A stretch of DNA of 64,000 bases from Patescibacteria group bacterium (GCA_049322215.1 JBMORU010000001.1:452023-516022); one strand, 5' to 3'; counted from the stretch's first letter, positions 48,601-60,078 are shown. Program-made: numbers and translations. The notes: generated by a model from the letters alone, not told the origin.

Positions 48601-48949
48601 TGAAATGGAAGTTTGGGCACTTGAAGCATACGGTGCAGCACATATATTAAGAGAAATGTTAACTATAAAATCTGATGATTTGGTGGGTAGAACTCAAGCT
48701 TATAGGGCTATATTGCAAGGCAATCCTATACAAGAATCTACAGTACCAGAATCATTCAAACTGCTGGTTCGTGAACTCAATGGTTTGTGTTTAGGAATCG
48801 AACCACTTTCATTTACTACCGAAGAAGAATCAGATGAGGAAGAATTGGTAAGTTTAGGGAGCGATGTTACTACCACTGTAATTACTGAATCTGACGAGGA
48901 AGCACTAAGTGCGGTAGACAGTTTAGAAAGTTCCGAGGAGGAAGAATGA
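45647..48949 (+). CDS. rpoB: RNA polymerase beta subunit
   Basis: FIINGVERVVV, GDKLAGRHGNKG, GGQRFGEMEVWALEAYGAA. Confidence 0.99.
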   Translation: MRHNLSKRKNVLPLPNLSMVQQNSYDWLQSYGITEVLEELGPVEDYTGRGWLLTFSKPTVEKENISIDEALESGRTYDAPWYLTATLEDPIAKKNKVQQIYMGDIPLMTSKGTFIINGVERVVVNQLTRSEGVLFTDSISPTTGKTLGGAKVLPKNGVWLEIETSRNGVISVKIDRRRKLTITSLLRVFGLEDDDDIRDAFAAVDADPEISYIESTLAKDPASSVEEAAIEIYRKMRPGEPLVLENAQALVESMFFNPRRYSLGSVGRFKLNQKLGLNFPNEPEHRLLHLEDLIKIIERIILINRGEAEADDVDNLGNRRVRSVGELLQNQIRIGFLQMEKNIKERMSLQPRDELPEPSVLISPRSVTAKIHSFFASGQLSQFQDQQNPLTSLDHLRRLSVMGPGGLTKERASMAVRDVHFSHYGRICPVRTPEGPNIGLINYLAMYARVNDYGFLETPYFKLEKMEDGRVKVTDEIVYLAAYDEEGIYITDGSVSVDEKGFITQDQVPLRKGGEFTLGAATQAEYIEIVPQQIVGISAGLIPFLQNDDVTRALVATQQMSQAVPLIHAEAPIVGTGIEDVIAQNAGIVIRAEEPGEIVYADANRVEVKYKGSNSAVTYKTQKYIKSNHDTCFNQIVKVKTGDKVKKNDILIEGPASVNGELANGTNVKVAYMIWEGYEYEDGIVISDRLVQDDVLTSVHISDYSVSVLETKLGPEEVTRDIPNVSEEALRSLDAQGIVAIGSKVKAGDILVGKVAPKGEVELSAEERLLRAIFGEKAKDVRDNSLVMPHGEHGTVIGIKTVTKDDNNNLSAGVLKEITVYTAQLKKIQVGDKLAGRHGNKGVISAVVPVVDMPRMEDGTPIDIVFSSEAVLKRMNVGQILEAPIGLAGSRLGKKYSVPVFERFSEKDYEDELVEAGLPKTGKMRLVDGRTGDYFDGEIVVGETYLLKLYHLAEDKMHARSTGPYSLITQQPLGGKAQFGGQRFGEMEVWALEAYGAAHILREMLTIKSDDLVGRTQAYRAILQGNPIQESTVPESFKLLVRELNGLCLGIEPLSFTTEEESDEEELVSLGSDVTTTVITESDEEALSAVDSLESSEEEE

Positions 48950-51900
48950 AAACATTAAACGAATTAAAAGACTTCGAATCCCTAAGAATATACCTTGCTT
49001 CGTCTGAAGATATTCTAAATTGGTCGTTTGGTGAAGTAACAAAGCCTGAAACTATTAACTATCGAACTTTTAGACCTGAACGCGAAGGTTTATTTGATGA
49101 AAGAATATTTGGACCTGTTAAAGATTACGAATGTTATTGCGGAAAATATAAGAGAATAAGATATAAGGGCGTAATTTGTGACAAATGTGGTGTGGAAGTT
49201 ACTCACTCAAGAGCACGTCGTGAAAGAATGGGTCATATTAAGTTAGCATCTCCCGTTGTTCATGTGTGGTTTTTTAAGGGAATTCCTTCTAAATTAGCCT
49301 CATTACTTGAATTATCTCCTAGAAATTTAGAAGCAGTAATATACTTCTCTTCTTTCATTGTTACTGAAATAGAAGGTGCTAAAAAAGCACAGGTTATAAC
49401 TCAAATAGAGCTAGATTTAGAAGAAGAAAAGAAAATTTTATCAAACAGATTAGATGAAAAAATTAAAGAAGTTGAAAATGAAAGAAAGAAACTAGAAAAA
49501 GACAAAAAAGATGAATTTTCAGCTCAGGAGGCCGACTTAAAGCTTAAGCAAAAAATTAAGAATTTAAGAGACGCAAATACTGCAGAAGTTGATGAAATTG
49601 AAAAAGAATACAAGTTAATGCAAAAGAAAATTGAAAGTATAGAACTTCATACTGTTTTATCTGACAATGAGTACTTGAAATTAGCTGATTATGTTGATGA
49701 ATTTTGTAAAGTAGAAATTGGTGCCGAGGCGATTCATTCAATTTTAGAAAAATTAGACTTAAATGCTTTATCTGCACAATTACGTGAGGATTTAGAAAAA
49801 GCAAAAGGTCAAAAAGCTATTAAAATATCTAAAAGATTAAAGGTTGTAGAAGGTTTTAGGCGCGCAGATATATCACCAACTAGAACAGTTTTAGATATAG
49901 TTCCAGTAATTCCACCTGACTTAAGACCTATGGTTCAGTTAGAAGGTGGTAGATTTGCCACTTCGGACCTAAACGATTTATACAGAAGAGTTATAAACAG
50001 AAACAATCGTTTAAAGAGATTGTTAGATTTAGGAGCTCCCGAAATTATTATTAGAAACGAAAAAAGAATGCTTCAAGAATCTGTAGATGCTTTATTTGAT
50101 GCTTCAAAACAGCGTCAGTCAGTAAGAAACAGCAGAAGCAGAAAACAGCTAAGGTCTTTGGCAGATATGTTAAAAGGCAAGCAAGGTCGTTTCCGCCAAA
50201 ACTTACTTGGTAAACGTGTTGATTACTCTGGTCGTTCAGTTATTGTAAACGGGCCCGACTTAAAATTAAATGAATGTGGTCTTCCAAAAGAGATGGCTCT
50301 TGAATTATTTAAACCATTTGTTTTGCGTGAGTTACTAGGAAGAGGTTTAGCTCCCAATGTTAAGAGTGCTAAGTACGTTTTAGAGCAAAGGGGTCCTGAA
50401 GTTTGGGATATATTAGAAGAATTGGTAAAAGATCATCCGGTGCTATTAAACAGAGCCCCAACATTATGGCGCTTAGGTATACAAGCTTTTTATCCAAAAC
50501 TAGTTGATGGAAATTCAGTTCGCTTACACTTAGCTGTATGTCCTGGTTATAACGCTGACTTTGATGGTGACCAAATGGCTGTACATTTACCTTTATCTCA
50601 GAAGGCCATAGAGGAAGCAAAAACGCTATTAATTTCAACAAATAACTTATTGAAACCATCTGACGGTACGCCAATATCTGTTCCAACTAAAATAATGTTA
50701 TTTGGTATTTACTATATGACTGCGATAAATCCCGATTTAGATTTATGGCCTGTTTCTTTCTCAAGTGCTGAAGAGGCGTTGTATGTGTATGAGGTGGTTA
50801 AAGATTTGAACCTAAAACAAAAAATTAAAGTTTTGGTGGACGGTAACCTTGTTGAAACATCTCCTGGGCGTTTACTGTTTAATAAGGTAATACCTAATGT
50901 ATTTGGCTTTATAAACGAAGAAATGGATAAGAAAAAAGTTAGCGCATTGTTAGCTAAAGCTTTTGACGAACAGCCACATGAAGTAGTTGTTAAACTTATT
51001 GATGATCTTAAAGATGTGGGGTTAAAATACGGTACCATTTCAGGCCATTCAGTCGCATTATCGGATGTTGAAATACCAAACTCCCGAGAAAAACACATAG
51101 AAGCTGGCCGTAAAGAGGTCGCTGAAATAAACAAAAACTTTAGACGTGGTCTTATAACCAAAAACGAATCTCAAAGACTTTCAGAAGATGTATGGAACAA
51201 AATAACAGCAAACATCGATGAAGATGTATGGGGCAACTTACCCGAAGATAATCCTGTTAAAATATTGGTTAAATCAGGAGCTACTCGTGCTTCTAGAGAC
51301 CAGGTTAAGCAAATTGGTGGTATGCGAGGTTTGATTGCTGATCCTACTGGTAAAATTGTAGAATTGCCTATTTTGGGTAACTACAAACTTGGTTTGTCAG
51401 GTATAGAGTACTTTGCAAGTTCAAGAGGTGCTAGAAAAGGATTAGCCGACCGTGCTTTGAAAACCGCCGACTCTGGTTACTTAACTCGTCGTTTGGTTGA
51501 TGTTGCACAAGATGTTTTAGTTCGCGAAGATGATTGTGGTACTACTGACGGCAGGGAAGTTATAGTTGGTGAAAAAACTGTATTAAATGACTTCGCTGAT
51601 CGTGTCGCCGGACGTTATTTAGCAGATACTGTTAAAGACGGTAAATCTATAGTCGCAAAAGCAGGCACACTATTAACTGAAGATGTAGTTGCTGCTATTG
51701 AAGCTGCCGGAATTGAAACTATAAAACTAAGATCCCCATTAAACTGTGAAACTAACAGAGGTATTTGCGCTAAATGTTATGGAATAGACTTAATGACTCG
51801 TGATCTAATAAAAGCAGGCTCCGCAGTAGGTGTTTCTGCTGCTCAAGCAATTGGAGAACCAGGAACTCAGTTAACAATGAGAACATTCCACACAGGAGGT

Positions 51901-52638
51901 ATTGCAGGACGTGATATTACACAAGGTTTGCCAAGAATAGAAGAAATAGTAGAGGCGCGTGCTCCTAAAAACTTATCCATAATGAGTGAAATAACGGGTA
52001 CTGTAAAGATTACCGAAAATGGAGACGACAGAAAACTATCAATAATTGCTACTGATGATACTGAAGATTTACAAGTTGTTGAATATATGGTTGATCCTTT
52101 AGCCGAGATACTAGTTGAAAACAATCAGTTAGTTGCTCAAGGTGAAAAATTAACTGCAGGGCACTTAGACTTAACCGAGCTTTTACGCGCGGTGGGTGTT
52201 AATGCAACTAAGCGCTACATAGTAGACGAAATTCAAAGAGTATATTCTTCTCAAGGTGTTGCTATTAATGAAAAGCACATTGAAGTTATTGTTAAGCAAA
52301 TGTTTAACAGTGTAAAAGTTGAGGATATAGGTGATACTGACTTACTACCCGATGAAGTTGTTACAAAAGCAACGTTTGAAGAAGCTAATGAAAGAGCTAT
52401 TGCTGAAGGCGGAAATCCTGCTACAGCAAAAGTAACATTACTTGGTATTACTAAAGCATCTTTGGGTACAGATAGCTTTTTATCGGCAGCATCCTTTATT
52501 CAAACAAGCAATGTGTTGACTGACGCAGCTGCGTCTGGTAAAGTCGATTCGCTTTTGGGACTAAAAGAAAACGTTATCATAGGTAGATTAATCCCAACAG
52601 GTGAAAGAGCATTAATTGAAGAATCTGAAGAAGATTAG
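48946..52638 (+). CDS. rpoC: RNA polymerase beta' subunit
   Basis: Zn finger [32 protein letters not shown]. Confidence 0.99.
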   Translation: MKTLNELKDFESLRIYLASSEDILNWSFGEVTKPETINYRTFRPEREGLFDERIFGPVKDYECYCGKYKRIRYKGVICDKCGVEVTHSRARRERMGHIKLASPVVHVWFFKGIPSKLASLLELSPRNLEAVIYFSSFIVTEIEGAKKAQVITQIELDLEEEKKILSNRLDEKIKEVENERKKLEKDKKDEFSAQEADLKLKQKIKNLRDANTAEVDEIEKEYKLMQKKIESIELHTVLSDNEYLKLADYVDEFCKVEIGAEAIHSILEKLDLNALSAQLREDLEKAKGQKAIKISKRLKVVEGFRRADISPTRTVLDIVPVIPPDLRPMVQLEGGRFATSDLNDLYRRVINRNNRLKRLLDLGAPEIIIRNEKRMLQESVDALFDASKQRQSVRNSRSRKQLRSLADMLKGKQGRFRQNLLGKRVDYSGRSVIVNGPDLKLNECGLPKEMALELFKPFVLRELLGRGLAPNVKSAKYVLEQRGPEVWDILEELVKDHPVLLNRAPTLWRLGIQAFYPKLVDGNSVRLHLAVCPGYNADFDGDQMAVHLPLSQKAIEEAKTLLISTNNLLKPSDGTPISVPTKIMLFGIYYMTAINPDLDLWPVSFSSAEEALYVYEVVKDLNLKQKIKVLVDGNLVETSPGRLLFNKVIPNVFGFINEEMDKKKVSALLAKAFDEQPHEVVVKLIDDLKDVGLKYGTISGHSVALSDVEIPNSREKHIEAGRKEVAEINKNFRRGLITKNESQRLSEDVWNKITANIDEDVWGNLPEDNPVKILVKSGATRASRDQVKQIGGMRGLIADPTGKIVELPILGNYKLGLSGIEYFASSRGARKGLADRALKTADSGYLTRRLVDVAQDVLVREDDCGTTDGREVIVGEKTVLNDFADRVAGRYLADTVKDGKSIVAKAGTLLTEDVVAAIEAAGIETIKLRSPLNCETNRGICAKCYGIDLMTRDLIKAGSAVGVSAAQAIGEPGTQLTMRTFHTGGIAGRDITQGLPRIEEIVEARAPKNLSIMSEITGTVKITENGDDRKLSIIATDDTEDLQVVEYMVDPLAEILVENNQLVAQGEKLTAGHLDLTELLRAVGVNATKRYIVDEIQRVYSSQGVAINEKHIEVIVKQMFNSVKVEDIGDTDLLPDEVVTKATFEEANERAIAEGGNPATAKVTLLGITKASLGTDSFLSAASFIQTSNVLTDAAASGKVDSLLGLKENVIIGRLIPTGERALIEESEED

Positions 52639-52649
52639 AAAGAAATAAT

Positions 52650-53057
52650 ATGCCAACTGTTAATCAATTACTAAGAAAAGGTAGAAAAACAAAAATAAAA
52701 AAGGCAAATACTCCTGCGCTTTCTGAGATATTTTCTTCTCTAGCACGTAGAAGTAAGCCTGGTAACTCTCCATTTAAGAAGGGTGTTTGTTTGCAAGTTA
52801 AAACAATGACTCCTTCTAAACCAAATTCAGCCTTGAGAAAAGTTGCTAGAGTTAGGTTATCGAATGGTAAAGAAGTTACTGCTTACATACCTGGAGAAGG
52901 TCATAACCTACAAGAGCACTCAGTTGTGTTAATTAAGGGTGGAAAAGTTAAAGACTTGCCAGGAATTAAATACACTATTGTTAGAGGAACGTATGATTTG
53001 CAGGGTGTAGATAGTAGAAAATCTTCAAGATCAATTTATGGAGTTAAAAAGAGTTAA
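52650..53057 (+). CDS. rpsL: 30S ribosomal protein uS12
   Basis: [28 protein letters not shown]. Confidence 0.99.
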   Translation: MPTVNQLLRKGRKTKIKKANTPALSEIFSSLARRSKPGNSPFKKGVCLQVKTMTPSKPNSALRKVARVRLSNGKEVTAYIPGEGHNLQEHSVVLIKGGKVKDLPGIKYTIVRGTYDLQGVDSRKSSRSIYGVKKS

Positions 53058-53068
53058 CTTAGGAAATT

Positions 53069-53533
53069 ATGAGATCAAAACGTATTAAAAAGAAACAAAT
53101 ATCCCCTGATGCAATTTATAAGTCTCGGGTTGTAACAAGATTAATAAACTATGTAATGCTTCATGGTAAAAAAGCTGTAGCTGAAGATATTGTTTATTCT
53201 GCTATTGGCCGTATATCAGAAGATCGTAAAGATGCAGCCGCTTTTTTTGAAAAAGCAGTAAAAGAACTTATGCCTAAGCAAGAAGTAAGGTCTAGAAGAG
53301 TTGGGGGTGCCACTTATCAAGTGCCCGTTCCAGTAAAACATGACCGTGCTGAAGCTTTAGCCCTAAGATGGTTAGTTGATGTATCTAGAGGAAAAAAAGG
53401 AAAACCAATGGCGGATGCCCTATTTGAAGAGTTAAATCACATTAATGAAGGCATTGGTGATGCCTTAAAGAAGCGTGATGACACTCATAAAATGGCTGAA
53501 GCTAATCGTGCGTTTGCACACTTTAGGTTTTAA
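53069..53533 (+). CDS. rpsG: 30S ribosomal protein uS7
   Basis: SRRVGGATYQVP, HKMAEANRAFAHF. Confidence 0.99.
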   Translation: MRSKRIKKKQISPDAIYKSRVVTRLINYVMLHGKKAVAEDIVYSAIGRISEDRKDAAAFFEKAVKELMPKQEVRSRRVGGATYQVPVPVKHDRAEALALRWLVDVSRGKKGKPMADALFEELNHINEGIGDALKKRDDTHKMAEANRAFAHFRF

Positions 53534-53661
53534 AGTGGGTAAGCAACAGTTTTTTGCTGTTTATTACGTCAGTAAACTTTTACCTCAAACCATTTACTAA
53601 AGTGCACGCCGACTTAAGTTAAATAATTAGAAAGTTTATAAATAGAAAGTTAGAAATTAAT

Positions 53662-55758
53662 ATGGCTCAAAATAAAGCATCTACAAAAGAATATCCGTTA
53701 GAGAGAATTCGTAATATTGGTATTATTGCTCATATTGATGCGGGTAAAACTACAACTACTGAAAGAGTGCTTTTTTATACAGGCCGTTCCCACAAAATAG
53801 GTGAAGTTCATGAAGGCGAAGCTCAAATGGACTGGATGGCACAGGAGCGTGAAAGAGGTATTACAATTACTTCTGCTGCTACTACATGTTTTTGGCTCGA
53901 TCACAGAATTAATATTATAGACACACCGGGTCACGTTGACTTTACTGCAGAAGTAGAACGTTCTCTAAGAGTTTTAGATGGTGGTGTAGTTGTTTTAGAT
54001 GGTTCTCAAGGCGTTGAGCCTCAAACTGAAACTGTTTGGAGACAAGCAGAAAAATACAAAGTACCCTTACTATGTTTTGTAAATAAACTTGACAAAGTAG
54101 GTGGTGATTTTTACATGTCTTTAAAATCTATTCACAATCGTTTATCTAGTAAGGCGGTTGCAGTACAACTACCTATAGGTATTGAAGGTGATTTTAATTC
54201 AGTAATTGACCTTGTTGAAAGAAAAGCTTACACGTTTACAGGTAACTTAGGTTCTGAAATTAAAGAAGTACAAATTCCTGAAGATATGAAAGATAAAGTT
54301 GAGGAATACAGAGCAATTTTAGTAGAAAAAGTTGCAGAGTCAGATGACACTTTAATTGAAAGATTTTTAAATGGTGAAGAGCTCAGCATAGATGAAATAA
54401 AAAATGGCATAAGAAAAATGACAATGTCTGTTCAAATGTATCCTGTATTTGTGGGTTCAGCCTTGGCTAATGTTGGTGTGCAAAAACTTTTAGATGGTGT
54501 TATTGCATATTTACCATCTCCTAAAGATGTTCCTGCTGTAATTGGGCACAAACCTAATTCTGAGGAAGAAGTTCAGCTTCATGCTGATGAAAACGGTCCT
54601 TTTGCTGCGTTAGCATTTAAAATTCAAACCGACCCATATGTAGGTAGGTTAACTTACTTCAGAGTGTATTCAGGAAGCTTAGATGCTGGTTCTTACGTTA
54701 TGAACACAACTAAAGGACAAAAAGAGCGTTTGGGTCGCATTTTATTAATGCATGCAAATCACAGAGAAGAAATAAAACATATTGGAGCTGGTGAAATTGC
54801 AGCCGCTGTTGGTTTGAATGCTACAACAGGAGATACTTTAGCAAGTGATGATCATCCGCTAGTTTTAGAAGCAATAAGTTTTGCTGAGCCTGTTATTGGG
54901 TTAGTGGTAGAACCTAAAACAAAAGTTGATAGAGATAGATTAGGTGAGTCTTTAAGAAAACTTGTAGAAGAGGATCCTACACTAAAAATTAAAACCAATG
55001 CTGAAACTGCAGAAACTGTGCTTTATGGTATGGGTGAACTTCATTTGGAAATTATTGTAGACCGTTTAAAAAGAGAGTTTAATGTAGAGGTAAATACCGG
55101 AACACCACAAGTGGCTTATAGAGAGTCTGTTAAAAAGACTGTAGAAGTAGAAAATAAGTATATTAGACAATCTGGTGGTAAAGGTCAGTATGGACATGTT
55201 TATATAACCATGGAACCATTAGAACCAGGTAAAGGTATTGAATTTGAAAACAAAATTACCGGAGGTTCAATTCCTCGTGAATACATACCTGCAGTAGAAA
55301 AAGGTATTAGAGAAGCGTCTGAATCTGGTGTTGTTGCCGGGTACCCAGTTGTAGATGTTAAAGTGACTTTAACTGATGGTTCATATCACGATGTGGACTC
55401 TTCAGAAATGGCATTTAAAATTGCAGCTTCTGGTGCCTTTAAAGAGGCACAGAAAAAAGCAGGATCTTATTTACTAGAACCAATTATGCATGTAGAAGTT
55501 TCTACACCTGAGGAGTTTATGGGTGACGTTATGGGTAACTTATCTAGTAAGCGCGGAAAAATTGAAGGTAACGAATCTAGAGGACAAGCTGTTGTTATAT
55601 CAGCAAAAGTGCCTTTAGCAGAGATGTTTGGTTATGCCACAGAATTAAGAGGTATGACACAAGGTAGAGCAGGTTTCACTATGGAACCAAGTCACTACGA
55701 AGAGGTTCCTGCAAATATTGCAGCAGAAATCTCTAAAAAAACAGGGAACAGCTATTGA
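53662..55758 (+). CDS. fusA: Elongation factor G
   Basis: [31 protein letters not shown]. Confidence 0.99.
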   Translation: MAQNKASTKEYPLERIRNIGIIAHIDAGKTTTTERVLFYTGRSHKIGEVHEGEAQMDWMAQERERGITITSAATTCFWLDHRINIIDTPGHVDFTAEVERSLRVLDGGVVVLDGSQGVEPQTETVWRQAEKYKVPLLCFVNKLDKVGGDFYMSLKSIHNRLSSKAVAVQLPIGIEGDFNSVIDLVERKAYTFTGNLGSEIKEVQIPEDMKDKVEEYRAILVEKVAESDDTLIERFLNGEELSIDEIKNGIRKMTMSVQMYPVFVGSALANVGVQKLLDGVIAYLPSPKDVPAVIGHKPNSEEEVQLHADENGPFAALAFKIQTDPYVGRLTYFRVYSGSLDAGSYVMNTTKGQKERLGRILLMHANHREEIKHIGAGEIAAAVGLNATTGDTLASDDHPLVLEAISFAEPVIGLVVEPKTKVDRDRLGESLRKLVEEDPTLKIKTNAETAETVLYGMGELHLEIIVDRLKREFNVEVNTGTPQVAYRESVKKTVEVENKYIRQSGGKGQYGHVYITMEPLEPGKGIEFENKITGGSIPREYIPAVEKGIREASESGVVAGYPVVDVKVTLTDGSYHDVDSSEMAFKIAASGAFKEAQKKAGSYLLEPIMHVEVSTPEEFMGDVMGNLSSKRGKIEGNESRGQAVVISAKVPLAEMFGYATELRGMTQGRAGFTMEPSHYEEVPANIAAEISKKTGNSY

Positions 55759-55764
55759 TTTTCC

Positions 55765-55773
55765 TGTTATAAT
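55765..55773 (+). promoter_or_regulatory. Extended -10 promoter for tuf
   Basis: TGT-TATAAT just after the fusA stop. Confidence 0.7.
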
Positions 55774-55783
55774 GCTTTAAAAT

Positions 55784-55858
55784 CCGAAGGGCGCGCAGCC
55801 CACGGTATGTGGACTGCAGCTATTTGAAGCACAGCTTCGGTAAATTGCCTTTGGCAAT
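55784..55858 (+). ncRNA. Candidate structured leader RNA of tuf
   Basis: ccgaag/cttcgg closing stem enclosing two hairpins, then attgcc/ggcaat hairpin; locally GC-rich. Confidence 0.5.
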
Positions 55859-55940
55859 AAAAGTAAGAAATTTTTTAAGTTTATTTACTTGATGTAACTT
55901 TAGTTAGTAAGTTCTATCAAGCAAGTAGAGAAAGGGTACA

Positions 55941-57119
55941 ATGGCAGAATTTGTACGTAACAAGCCCCATATGAACATTGGTACCATTGGTCACGTTGAC
56001 CATGGGAAAACCACTCTGACTGCAGCCATTACTAAAGTACTCGCCGACAAAGGCATGGCTGAAGCAAGAGCTTTCGATACCATCGATAAAGCTCCTGAAG
56101 AAAAAGAAAGAGGTATAACAATTAACATTACTCATGTTGAGTATGAAACAGAAAAAAGGCACTATGCACACATAGACGCCCCAGGACACGCTGACTACAT
56201 TAAAAACATGATTACAGGTGCTGCTCAAATGGACGGTGCTATTTTAGTAGTTTCAGCCCCAGATGGACCTATGCCTCAAACAAGAGAACACATACTATTG
56301 GCTAAGCAAGTTAATGTTCCAGCATTAGTAGTTTTCTTAAACAAGGTGGATATGGTTCAAGATCAGGAAATCTTGGAATTAGTTGAGCTTGAAGTTAGAG
56401 AATTATTAAATAAATACGGTTTTGATGGTGATAATACTCCTATTATCGCAGGTTCAGGTTTAAAAGCTTTAGAAGGCGATGCTGAATATGGCGAAAAAAT
56501 AATGGATCTTATGAATGCTGTAGACGAGTTTATTCCAGAACCAGTAAGAGAACTAGACAAACCTTTCTTAATGCCTATTGAAGACGTATTCTCTATAAAA
56601 GGTAGAGGTACAGTTGCAACAGGTAGAATTGAAAGAGGTGTTGTTAAGGTTGGAGAAGAAATAGAAATAGTAGGTATTAAAAATACAACAAAAACAACGG
56701 TAACCGGTGTAGAAATGTTTAAAAAACAACTACAAGAAGGTCAAGCTGGTGATAACGTAGGTATATTGTTAAGAGGTATTGAAAGAGATGACATCGAAAG
56801 AGGTCAAGTATTAGCTAAAACAGGTACAGTAACACCACATACAGAATTTGAGGCTAAAGTTTACATACTTTCCAAAGAGGAAGGTGGTAGACATAAGCAA
56901 TTCTTTAGTGGTTATAGACCTCAGTTTTATCTACGAACAACCGATGTTACAGGTGAAATCACTTTACCTGACGGTGTCGAAATGGTAATGCCTGGTGATA
57001 ATGTTACATTAAGTGTTAAATTAATTACTCCAGTTGCTTTAGAAGAAGGACTAAGGTTTGCTATCAGAGAAGGTGGTCAAACTGTTGGTGCTGGAGCAAT
57101 CACAAAAGTAGTTAAGTAA
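55941..57119 (+). CDS. tuf: Elongation factor Tu
   Basis: [33 protein letters not shown]. Confidence 0.99.
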   Translation: MAEFVRNKPHMNIGTIGHVDHGKTTLTAAITKVLADKGMAEARAFDTIDKAPEEKERGITINITHVEYETEKRHYAHIDAPGHADYIKNMITGAAQMDGAILVVSAPDGPMPQTREHILLAKQVNVPALVVFLNKVDMVQDQEILELVELEVRELLNKYGFDGDNTPIIAGSGLKALEGDAEYGEKIMDLMNAVDEFIPEPVRELDKPFLMPIEDVFSIKGRGTVATGRIERGVVKVGEEIEIVGIKNTTKTTVTGVEMFKKQLQEGQAGDNVGILLRGIERDDIERGQVLAKTGTVTPHTEFEAKVYILSKEEGGRHKQFFSGYRPQFYLRTTDVTGEITLPDGVEMVMPGDNVTLSVKLITPVALEEGLRFAIREGGQTVGAGAITKVVK

Positions 57120-57131
57120 GTAGAATCTAAG

Positions 57132-57160
57132 ATGTGCCCCGGAAACGGGGCACATATTTT
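57132..57160 (+). terminator. Hairpin between tuf and rpsJ
   Basis: atgtgccccg-gaaa-cggggcacat followed by a short T run. Confidence 0.7.
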
Positions 57161-57164
57161 AAAG

Positions 57165-57485
57165 ATGGCAAAAGAAACAAAAGAAACAAGAATAAGAATA
57201 AAATTAAAAGCTTATGATAGTCGTATTATCGATATAAGTGCCTCTAAAATAGTTGATACTGCGATTAGAACAGGCGCAAAAGTTGTAGGTCCTGTTCCTT
57301 TACCTACGCGTATAGAAAGATATACCGTAATTAGAGGACCTCACATTGACAAAAGATCTAGAGAGCAATTTGAGTTAAGAACTCATAAAAGAGTAGTAGA
57401 TATTTTAGGTCCTACTAGCTCAACAATAGATAGCTTATCGCATCTTGATTTACCAGCAGGTGTTGGTATATCTATAAAGATGTAA
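57165..57485 (+). CDS. rpsJ: 30S ribosomal protein uS10
   Basis: [28 protein letters not shown]; ATG 57165 preferred because 57132 lies in the hairpin. Confidence 0.98.
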   Translation: MAKETKETRIRIKLKAYDSRIIDISASKIVDTAIRTGAKVVGPVPLPTRIERYTVIRGPHIDKRSREQFELRTHKRVVDILGPTSSTIDSLSHLDLPAGVGISIKM

Positions 57486-57632
57486 GAAGAAATCGAGACA
57501 ATACTAATATTCTTGTTGGAATATTGGGGAATTATTGCTACAATGCAAAACGTGTTAAACCAAGAAACATAATAAATTTAGGGCGATTAAGTAGTTTTTA
57601 ATTGGCGCCCAGGCGCCATTTTTATTTGGAAA

Positions 57633-58064
57633 ATGGAAGAAGTAATAATAAAAGGAAAAAAGAAAAATATGTCTCAAGTCTTTTTAGAAGATGGTACTGT
57701 TGTTCCTGTAACAATAGTTATAGCTGATGCCGCTTTTGAATCAGAAGACTTAGAAGGTAAGCCTATTACTATTGTAGGAAAATCAAAAGGAAAAGGTTTT
57801 ACTGGTGTAATGAAAAAATGGAATTTTGCTGGGCAACAAGCTACCAGAGGTCAGTCTGATAAACCTAGAGCTGCTGGTTCTATTGGCGCACAAACTCCTG
57901 GCAGAGTATTTAAAGGTAAAAAAATGGCAGGACGTCATGGAAACAAAAAAGTAACATTAAAAAGTTCAAAAGTAATAAAGGTTTTTCCCGAATCAAATGA
58001 ATTAATGGTTTCAGGTCCAATTCCAGGAGCAAGAAATTCTGCTGTAATTTTGAAGGTAAAGTAA
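57633..58064 (+). CDS. rplC: 50S ribosomal protein uL3, internally shortened (143 aa)
   Basis: VVPVTI, SKGKGFTGVMKKWNF, PGRVFKGKKMAGRHG, GPIPGA; position between rpsJ and rplD. Confidence 0.95.
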   Translation: MEEVIIKGKKKNMSQVFLEDGTVVPVTIVIADAAFESEDLEGKPITIVGKSKGKGFTGVMKKWNFAGQQATRGQSDKPRAAGSIGAQTPGRVFKGKKMAGRHGNKKVTLKSSKVIKVFPESNELMVSGPIPGARNSAVILKVK

Positions 58065-58065
58065 T

Positions 58066-58692
58066 ATGAAGTTTGACGTATTGGATAAAACAGGAAAATC
58101 AATAGAAAAAGTTGAAGTTGAGGATACAATATTTAATGCTGAAGTAAACGAGCCGCTATTGTCTCAGTACTTAAGAATTTTTAACTTAAATCAACGACAG
58201 GGAACTTCATCTACTAAAACTAGAGGAGAAATTTCTGGTGGCGGTAAAAAGCCTTGGAAGCAAAAGGGCACAGGCCGAGCACGTCACGGTTCAACAAGAA
58301 GTCCTTTGTGGAGACACGGAGGTATAGTTCATGGCCCAAAGCCTAAAGATTGGACACTAAAGCTTTCAAAAAAACTAAAGCAAAAAGCTATAGTTTCAGC
58401 CTTATCCGCAGTAACACGTGATAAAGAGGTTTTTGTTTTAAATGAGCTTTCTATAAACGAGCCTAAAACAAAAGAAGTTGCTTCTATAATAAAAGCTTTA
58501 GGTTTAAATAGAAAAGTGCTATTAGTCGTAGCTGAAAACGATAATAACGTGTACAAAAGTGCTGGCAACATTAAAGATTTAAACATTTCGTTAGCAGATA
58601 ATTTAAATGCTTACGACTTGTTGAACGCTAATAACGTTTTATTTATAAAAGATGCACTAATTAAAGTTAATGAAAAGTATAAAAGTTTATGA
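58066..58692 (+). CDS. rplD: 50S ribosomal protein uL4
   Basis: KKPWKQKGTGRARHGS. Confidence 0.99.
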   Translation: MKFDVLDKTGKSIEKVEVEDTIFNAEVNEPLLSQYLRIFNLNQRQGTSSTKTRGEISGGGKKPWKQKGTGRARHGSTRSPLWRHGGIVHGPKPKDWTLKLSKKLKQKAIVSALSAVTRDKEVFVLNELSINEPKTKEVASIIKALGLNRKVLLVVAENDNNVYKSAGNIKDLNISLADNLNAYDLLNANNVLFIKDALIKVNEKYKSL

Positions 58693-58982
58693 GATTAAAC
58701 AACGTAGTAATAAAACCAATTGTAACTGAAAAAACAATGGCATTAGCTGCTGATGGAAGATACGTTTTTAAAGTAAATTTAAAGGCAAGTAAAAATGCTG
58801 TAGCTGAAAATGTTGCTGAAGTTTATGGCGTTAATGTTGAAAATGTAAAAACACTTATTATGCCTGGGAAAAAGAGAAGAATATCAAAAACAAATAAATT
58901 TACAAAAACAAAAAAGTGGAAAAAGGCAGTAGTGCAATTAGCTAAAGGTGAATCAATAAATTTAATTGAGGAGTCCAAATGA
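58689..58982 (+). CDS. rplW: 50S ribosomal protein uL23
   Basis: KPIVTEK, WKKAVVQL. Confidence 0.97.
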   Translation: MRLNNVVIKPIVTEKTMALAADGRYVFKVNLKASKNAVAENVAEVYGVNVENVKTLIMPGKKRRISKTNKFTKTKKWKKAVVQLAKGESINLIEESK

Positions 58983-59809
58983 TAAAGTCATATAAACCAA
59001 CAAGCAATGGAATGAGATTTAGAAAAACCTTGGTTTTGGATATAACTAAGAATAAAAAACGTGAAAAGAAATTAAGCTCTCCTCTTAAAGGACCTGCAGG
59101 TAGAAATAATGGAACAGTATCAAGCAGACATCGACAACGTGGCCATAAAAAACATTATAGGGTCATTGACTTCAAACGAGATAAACGTGATATTCCGGCA
59201 AAGGTAATGGCTTTAGAATATGATCCAAATCGTGGCGCAAACATTGCCCTTGTTAGTTACGCCGATGGAGAAAAGCGATATATTTTAGCGCCCGAAAAAC
59301 TTAAAGTAGGTACAAAAGTAATAGCTGGTGATAACGTTGAGCCTGTACCAGGAAACGCCTTACCGTTAGCCAATATACCTTTAGGTGCACCTATTCATAA
59401 TATAGAGATAAATCCCGGAAAAGGTGGTCAAATGGTAAGAGGTGCAGGAAATAGCGCAATATTAATGGCAAAAGAAGGCAAGTATGTTAATATCAAGCTC
59501 CCAAGCGGGGAGATTAAAAAGGTTTTGAAAACATGTTATGCAACCATGGGTGTTTTAAGTAATGCTGATTTAAGAAATACTCAAATGGGTAAGGCAGGAC
59601 GCGCCCGCCATAAAGGTAAAAGACCTCACATTAGAGGTATTGCTATTGCGAATCCTTCCGACCACCCACACGGAGGTTCATATAAAGATAATGGTATAGG
59701 TATGCCATCACCAAAATCACCTTGGGGATGGAAAACTAGAGGTAAACTAACAAGAAAGAGAAAACATACCGACAAATTTATAGTAAAAAGTAGAAGAAAG
59801 AAAAGGTAA
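58979..59809 (+). CDS. rplB: 50S ribosomal protein uL2
   Basis: [22 protein letters not shown]. Confidence 0.99.
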   Translation: MIKSYKPTSNGMRFRKTLVLDITKNKKREKKLSSPLKGPAGRNNGTVSSRHRQRGHKKHYRVIDFKRDKRDIPAKVMALEYDPNRGANIALVSYADGEKRYILAPEKLKVGTKVIAGDNVEPVPGNALPLANIPLGAPIHNIEINPGKGGQMVRGAGNSAILMAKEGKYVNIKLPSGEIKKVLKTCYATMGVLSNADLRNTQMGKAGRARHKGKRPHIRGIAIANPSDHPHGGSYKDNGIGMPSPKSPWGWKTRGKLTRKRKHTDKFIVKSRRKKR

Positions 59810-59811
59810 AA

Positions 59812-60078
59812 ATGGCTAGATCACTGAAAAAAGGACCATACATAGATGAAAAACTTTTAAAGAAAATTCAAAAGGCAATTAATGAAGGTTCAAGAAAGCC
59901 TATAAAGACGTGGGCTAGAAGTTCAACCATAAGCCCTGAAATGGTAGGGTTAACTATGGAAGTTCATAATGGCAAAGAGCATGTAGCTGTTTACATTACC
60001 GAAGCAATGGTAGGGCACAAATTAGGTGAGTTTGCTCCAACTAGAAAATTTAGAGGGCATTCATCGAAGAAGTTATAA
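59812..60078 (+). CDS. rpsS: 30S ribosomal protein uS19
   Basis: [20 protein letters not shown]. Confidence 0.99.
   Translation: MARSLKKGPYIDEKLLKKIQKAINEGSRKPIKTWARSSTISPEMVGLTMEVHNGKEHVAVYITEAMVGHKLGEFAPTRKFRGHSSKKL

Noticed and set aside
53534-53661. rpsG-fusA spacer as a regulatory RNA
   Set aside because: Only short weak pairings visible; cannot be supported without comparative data
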